DNA from: Candidatus Marinacidobacterales bacterium
Lineage (GTDB): Bacteria; Acidobacteriota; Vicinamibacteria; Marinacidobacterales; DATDRI01
Direction of reading: 5' to 3'
DNA length: 64,000 bases
Assembly: GCA_965226495.1 (NCBI GenBank)
Contig: OZ245365.1
Coordinates: 3,808,001 to 3,872,000, forward strand
The translations under genes were made by a program, and so were the position numbers. Positions 59,419-64,000 of this stretch are shown piece by piece; the first letter of the stretch is position 1, and the number at the start of each line of letters is the position of its first letter. The notes beneath the pieces are model-generated. The model saw nothing but the letters and a program-made list of their open reading frames with translations. It did not search any database and had not been told where the DNA came from.

Positions 59419-60807
59419 ATGCTGATCCCACTCACCCATGAGCAAATGACGGTCCAGCGGCTTCCCTGGATCACCATCGGGATCATGATGGCCAACGTCT
59501 TCATTTTTCTTTACACCCATCCGCAGACCCAAAGAGATGAAGGCCGGCTCTACGAGGTGATCGACGAGCTCCACGAGTTTGCCGCCGCCAACCCGGGAAT
59601 GTCGCAAGAGGATTTCTCGAACGAAGAAGAGCTTGGGGAGTATCAGCGCCTCGTCGAGAAGCTCAACGAGATCAATCAAAGTCGCCTTTTCGGCCGCCAC
59701 GGCTTCGTACCTTCGCGCCAGGAGTGGCCGGACGTCATGAGCTCCATCTTTCTGCACGGTGGCTGGATGCACCTTTTGGGCAACATGTATTTGCTGTGGC
59801 TTTGTGGGTGCTGCATCGAGGACATGTGGGGGCGCCCGGTCTACGCCCTGATCTATCTATCGAGCGGATTGGTCGCGTGCATGGCTCACGCCGCCGCATT
59901 CCCACTGAGCGAAGCTCCCCTGGTCGGAGCATCCGGTGCGATCGCCAGCCTGATGGGGGCGTTTCTGGTTCGACTCTATGCGACCCGCATTCGGTTCTTC
60001 TACTTGTTTTGGGTTCACTGGGGGACGTTCTATGCGCCAGCTTGGGTCATGTTACCCCTCTGGCTCATGAGCCAACTCTTCTATGCCGTGTCGTATCGGG
60101 AAGGAAGCCCGGTCGCATTCTGGGCGCACGTCGGCGGATTCCTCTTCGGCGCCGGTGTAGCGCTTTTCATCAAACTCACGCTGGTCGAAGAAGCTTTTCT
60201 CGCCCCCGCCATCGAGCAAAAAACGACTCTCTTCGCCCAGAGTCCCGAGGTCACTTCGGCACTACATCTCATCGACAGCGGAAAGTACCCACAAGCCCTT
60301 CGCCCGCTCTTGGCAGCCATCCGTGACAATCCCGACGACATCGATGCTCTGGACTTGCTCGCTCAATCGTACCAGTCGCTGGGGAACGACAAGAACGCCG
60401 CGCAGGCCCATGCGCGTAAGGTCCGAAGCCACCTCAAGCGACGCGAGAAGGATCTCGCGGTTGGCGCTTACTTCGACATGATCGAGGCTAACCGAGATGT
60501 TTCACTGCCTCCGCCCGAGTCGTTGGCCTTGGCACCCGCCCTGGTGGAAGACGACTGCCGCGACGAGGCGGTGGTGCTCTATCAACGAGTCATCGATTCG
60601 GTCCGCGATCCGTCAATCAAACTGAGAGCCTCCCTCGCGCTCGCAGATCTGCACATTGCCGACCACCAGGGAAAACGAGCCCTTCAAATTCTGAATGCCG
60701 CCGCCCCCCTGGCCGAAACAGTCCCCGAATGGAGACTACACCTGGAGGAGAAGCTCGAAGCAGCTAGGAAGCTAGTGCCTGCCCTGTCACAAGTTAGAGC
60801 AATGTAA
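59419..60807 (+). CDS. Rhomboid intramembrane serine protease with C-terminal TPR-like domain
   Basis: FLHGGWMHLLGNM, GASGA (catalytic Ser), AHVGGF (catalytic His), helical repeats. Confidence 0.92.
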   Translation: MLIPLTHEQMTVQRLPWITIGIMMANVFIFLYTHPQTQRDEGRLYEVIDELHEFAAANPGMSQEDFSNEEELGEYQRLVEKLNEINQSRLFGRHGFVPSRQEWPDVMSSIFLHGGWMHLLGNMYLLWLCGCCIEDMWGRPVYALIYLSSGLVACMAHAAAFPLSEAPLVGASGAIASLMGAFLVRLYATRIRFFYLFWVHWGTFYAPAWVMLPLWLMSQLFYAVSYREGSPVAFWAHVGGFLFGAGVALFIKLTLVEEAFLAPAIEQKTTLFAQSPEVTSALHLIDSGKYPQALRPLLAAIRDNPDDIDALDLLAQSYQSLGNDKNAAQAHARKVRSHLKRREKDLAVGAYFDMIEANRDVSLPPPESLALAPALVEDDCRDEAVVLYQRVIDSVRDPSIKLRASLALADLHIADHQGKRALQILNAAAPLAETVPEWRLHLEEKLEAARKLVPALSQVRAM

Positions 60808-60891
60808 TCAAGCCGTGCGCCTAAAGCGCCGTCTGGCGAGCCAGCTAGCGGCAACCCCGTAATTCGACGGCGAACGTGTGGCGTCCGATGG

Positions 60892-62340
60892 TCAAGCTCT
60901 ACGCCTAAGAAAAAACAGCACAAGAATCGTATAGAGCTCGAGCCGTCCCACGATCATCATCAGGGCAAGTAGCAGCTTCGCCAGCCCGGGTAGCGCCGCG
61001 TAGTTCATCGTCGGCCCGACCGCCCCGAAACTGGGTCCTACGTTCCCTAAACACGCCGCGGAAGCGGCGAAAGCGGAAAGCACATCCAACCCCATCATCG
61101 TGAGCAACAGCCCCCCGGCGATAAACAAAACCAAGAAAAGCAAGAAGAAAGTAGTGACCGCAGAGACCACATCCTCCGGAATGGCCTTGCGGCCCACCCG
61201 AAGCGGCAACATGGCGTGAGGTCGGACCATGCGCCGCAGATCGACCGCGACCTTTTTGACCACGATGAGGATGCGCACCACTTTCACAGAGCCACTAGTG
61301 GATCCGGCACAGCCCCCGACGAATATCATGACGAACAGCAAGGCCCGCGAGAAATCCGGCCAAGCATCCCAATCGGCCGTGGCGAATCCGGTCGTGGTCA
61401 CGATGGTGGCCGCCTGAAAGACTGCGAATCGCAGCGCCGACCCCACGCCCTCATAAGCGTTTTGCAGCCATAGATCGGATGCGATGAGTAGCGTCCCCAC
61501 CGCGACGATTCCTATATAGAGCCTGAATTCCGGGTCACGGAGTAGGGGCTCGGGTCGGCCGCGTATCCAGTGAAAGTGAAGGGCGAAGCTGGCACCGGAG
61601 AGCAACATGAAGAAGACCACCACCATTTCCACGGCGGGATTGTCGAACGCGCCCAGGCTCGCATTCTTCGTGGAAAACCCACCGGTGGCCATGGTGCTGA
61701 AACTATGGGTGACCGCGTCGAAGAGCCCGAGACCCAGCACCCTCAAAATGAGAACTTCCGCCGCCGTGAAAAGCATGTAGATGCCCCAGAGCGCTTTTCC
61801 TGTCTGAGCCAGACGAGGCGTCAGCTTTTCCTTGATCGGGCCCGGTGCTTCGGCCCCCAGTAGCTCCATGCCGCCAATCGCTAATTTGGGAAGCACCGCG
61901 ATTCCCAAGACGATGATCCCCATCCCCCCCAACCATTGCGTCAGAGCCCTCCACAGGAGAATGGAGTGAGGCTCACTTTCTACGTCCGGTAGGATCGTGG
62001 CCCCGGTTGTGGTAAAGCCCGAGACCGACTCGAAGATTCCGTTGATAATGAACCCTGGCCCCTTGATGAACACATAAGGAAGGGTCCCCACCATCGTCGC
62101 CACAACCCAAGCCGAGGCCACGAGAACGAACGCTTCGTGTCGTCCAAAGGAAAACTCCTGTTGCTGGACGAACTTCCGTTCCAAAGCAATTCCCGTGACC
62201 GCCGCAACCCCCGCAGAAAGCAAGAAGGCAGCCAGCTCGACCTCTCCATCGAAGTAAGCGACGGCAGCCGGAATGAGCAAGGCTACCGAGAGGACGAGAA
62301 GGAGACGACCGAGAAGGAAGAAGACCCCGCGAAAATTCAT
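60892..62340 (-). CDS. trkH: Trk potassium uptake membrane subunit
   Basis: SGFTTTG, QWLGGMG, ATGGFS, TTTGF, GGCAGST, GNVGP, GRLE. Confidence 0.96.
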   Translation of the reverse strand: MNFRGVFFLLGRLLLVLSVALLIPAAVAYFDGEVELAAFLLSAGVAAVTGIALERKFVQQQEFSFGRHEAFVLVASAWVVATMVGTLPYVFIKGPGFIINGIFESVSGFTTTGATILPDVESEPHSILLWRALTQWLGGMGIIVLGIAVLPKLAIGGMELLGAEAPGPIKEKLTPRLAQTGKALWGIYMLFTAAEVLILRVLGLGLFDAVTHSFSTMATGGFSTKNASLGAFDNPAVEMVVVFFMLLSGASFALHFHWIRGRPEPLLRDPEFRLYIGIVAVGTLLIASDLWLQNAYEGVGSALRFAVFQAATIVTTTGFATADWDAWPDFSRALLFVMIFVGGCAGSTSGSVKVVRILIVVKKVAVDLRRMVRPHAMLPLRVGRKAIPEDVVSAVTTFFLLFLVLFIAGGLLLTMMGLDVLSAFAASAACLGNVGPSFGAVGPTMNYAALPGLAKLLLALMMIVGRLELYTILVLFFLRRRA

Positions 62341-63668
62341 TTAGCGCGAAACATCTTCTCGAGCGCCGGCAGGGCTTTCAGAAGACTGAACACCAATGCC
62401 CGATCACCACGCTGGAAAGTGAAATCGCCACTCGGGACGTGGCGCTCGTCGCCACGTATCACGGCGCCAATGATCGAGCCCTCTGGGAATTTCAATTCGC
62501 GCAGCGGCCCGCAGATGACCGCGCAGTTGTCGGGCACTTCGAACTCCACCACCTCGGCGTCGCCGCTCTCGATCAGGTCCAGGTTCAGAATCTCGCGTGG
62601 GTGAATCATTCGCAAGATTGTACCGGCGGTAACCAACCGCGGGGAGAGCGCGATGTCCACGCGCGCCGCGCGAAGGACGTTGAAAAACTCGGGCCTCTGG
62701 TACAGGGTCACGACCAAGCGGGCGCCGAGCTCCTTCGCGAGAAACGAAGAAATGGCGTTCGCTTCATCCGCCTGGGTGGCGGCGACGAAATAATCAGCGT
62801 TTTGCACTCCTGCCTCCCGGAGGAGGGCCGGATCGGTGGCGTCACCACGAAGCACAAGGGTTTCCGGCGCTTCCGAGGCCAACGCGAAAGCCCGCTTTTC
62901 TTGGCGCTCTATCACCGTCACCTGGATTTTCTGTTCCACTAGCCCCTTGGCGAGCCACTGCCCCACATGGCCGGCTCCGGCGATGACGACGTTGCGTGGC
63001 GGAGCCGACTCCACGCCGATCGCCTGCAAGAACTCCTTGATGGTCTCCGTTTGACCGACGGCATAGATTTCCTGACCCGGCATCAAGATCGTGTCCCCTC
63101 GAGGCACGGTCAGCCGCAGGCCCTGCAACACACCCACGAGAATCCACCCGTCCGGTCCTTTTAGCTCTCTTAACGGTTTGCCGTAAATGTCCACCGACAT
63201 CGAAGGCCGTGCATGAAGGAGCACTAGCTTGTTATCGGCGAAAAAGTGAGCCTTGGTAGCGCCTGGAACTTTCGTTAACCCGAGAATCTCCTCGGCCACC
63301 AAACGTTCCGGATAAAGAGGAATGATCTCTGGATCGGCTTGAAGTAACGGATTCGATCCGTGATAGGGATTCCCCACACGCGCCACGCATCGTTTCGCTC
63401 CCATTTTGCGAGCGGTGAGTGTCACTAGCAAGTTGGTGGGATCATTGTCGGATACGGCGAAAAAGAGATCGGCGTCTTTGACGCCGTGCTCTTCGAGGAT
63501 CGCTGGGTCGCAACCGTCACCGGTAACCGCAAGGACATCAAGCTCGCTTTGCAAACGCTGGACTTTCTCTGGATCGAGCTCGATGACCACGAGGTCATGA
63601 CCTTCTTCTGAGAGCGAGCGGGCGATGTGAAATCCGACTTCGCCCACGCCAACGATGAAGACCTTCAT
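62337..63668 (-). CDS. trkA: Trk potassium uptake NAD-binding subunit
   Basis: Two RCK_N (GVGEVG, GAGHVG) and two RCK_C domains; 4-nt overlap with trkH. Confidence 0.95.
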   Translation of the reverse strand: MKVFIVGVGEVGFHIARSLSEEGHDLVVIELDPEKVQRLQSELDVLAVTGDGCDPAILEEHGVKDADLFFAVSDNDPTNLLVTLTARKMGAKRCVARVGNPYHGSNPLLQADPEIIPLYPERLVAEEILGLTKVPGATKAHFFADNKLVLLHARPSMSVDIYGKPLRELKGPDGWILVGVLQGLRLTVPRGDTILMPGQEIYAVGQTETIKEFLQAIGVESAPPRNVVIAGAGHVGQWLAKGLVEQKIQVTVIERQEKRAFALASEAPETLVLRGDATDPALLREAGVQNADYFVAATQADEANAISSFLAKELGARLVVTLYQRPEFFNVLRAARVDIALSPRLVTAGTILRMIHPREILNLDLIESGDAEVVEFEVPDNCAVICGPLRELKFPEGSIIGAVIRGDERHVPSGDFTFQRGDRALVFSLLKALPALEKMFRAK

Positions 63669-63690
63669 TGCGTGCTCAATAGTAGCATGG

Positions 63691-64000
63691 CTACCGAATC
63701 AAATAGAGCTCGCTTTGTCTCCCGTCGATCCAATGCCAACCATCTTCGAGAAGTGCGGCGTCCTCCTCTAGCGCGAATCGCACTTCCTTGCCATCCCACT
63801 CCGGTACCTCTTGCTTGACGTTGTTCTCAACGGACAGCCAGGTGTTGGCTCGGAAAACAAACTCGCCGATTCCGGGAATGCCGTCCTGATAGTCAGTCAT
63901 GCCGATGGACGCGCCGGGAGCGTGACCGTAATAGCCGATGGGATGGCTATAGATCATCGGGTTGAGCCCTTCCGATTTCGCTTGCGCGAGAGCCGCCTGG
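63691..64000 (-). CDS. M24 (Xaa-Pro) peptidase C-terminus, continues beyond window
   Basis: YSHPIGYYGH, SVE, LEED metal-binding motifs. Confidence 0.75.
   Translation of the reverse strand, partial: QAALAQAKSEGLNPMIYSHPIGYYGHAPGASIGMTDYQDGIPGIGEFVFRANTWLSVENNVKQEVPEWDGKEVRFALEEDAALLEDGWHWIDGRQSELYLIR

Noticed and set aside
60808-60891. c-di-GMP-I-like fragment (aagccgtgcgcctaaag...agccagc)
   Set aside because: 5' half of the aptamer is absent and it lies between convergent 3' ends
1-64000. CRISPR array, tRNA, rRNA, integrase, IS transposase, reverse transcriptase
   Set aside because: No regularly spaced repeats, cloverleaf or recognisable motifs seen by eye

Overview
A 64-kb, gene-dense, GC-rich bacterial chromosomal segment. 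The gene families present (Ser/Thr kinase with TolB-like propeller, carboxypeptidase-regulatory-domain TonB receptor, BlaI/M56, DUF222-like HNH) suggest Acidobacteriota such as Vicinamibacteria, but this is inference only. About 45 intact CDS: purine, lipid and CoA metabolism (guaB-like, FabB/F, PaaZ/BoxD-like aldehyde dehydrogenase, acs), a polyphosphate cluster (ppk1, CHAD-CYTH, apaH, ppx, pap), an oxalyl-CoA ligase/PanE2-like pair, amino-acid uptake and catabolism, an orphan PilT-family ATPase, BlaI-M56/M23, rhomboid and trkAH. Six or seven accessory genes are decayed while housekeeping genes are intact. I found no rRNA, tRNA, CRISPR array or recognisable transposase. The most notable signals are: (1) a dispersed ~150-nt intergenic element in three copies whose stems covary around invariant purine-rich loops; (2) an HNH nuclease behind a hairpin-rich leader that hides its RBS; (3) apaH and a catalytically degenerate CHAD-CYTH inside the polyP cluster; (4) a rhomboid protease coupled to a C-terminally anchored candidate substrate; (5) an IMPDH-like enzyme with non-canonical active-site loops behind a structured leader. 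All calls come from motif recognition by eye; no searches or folding programs were run.
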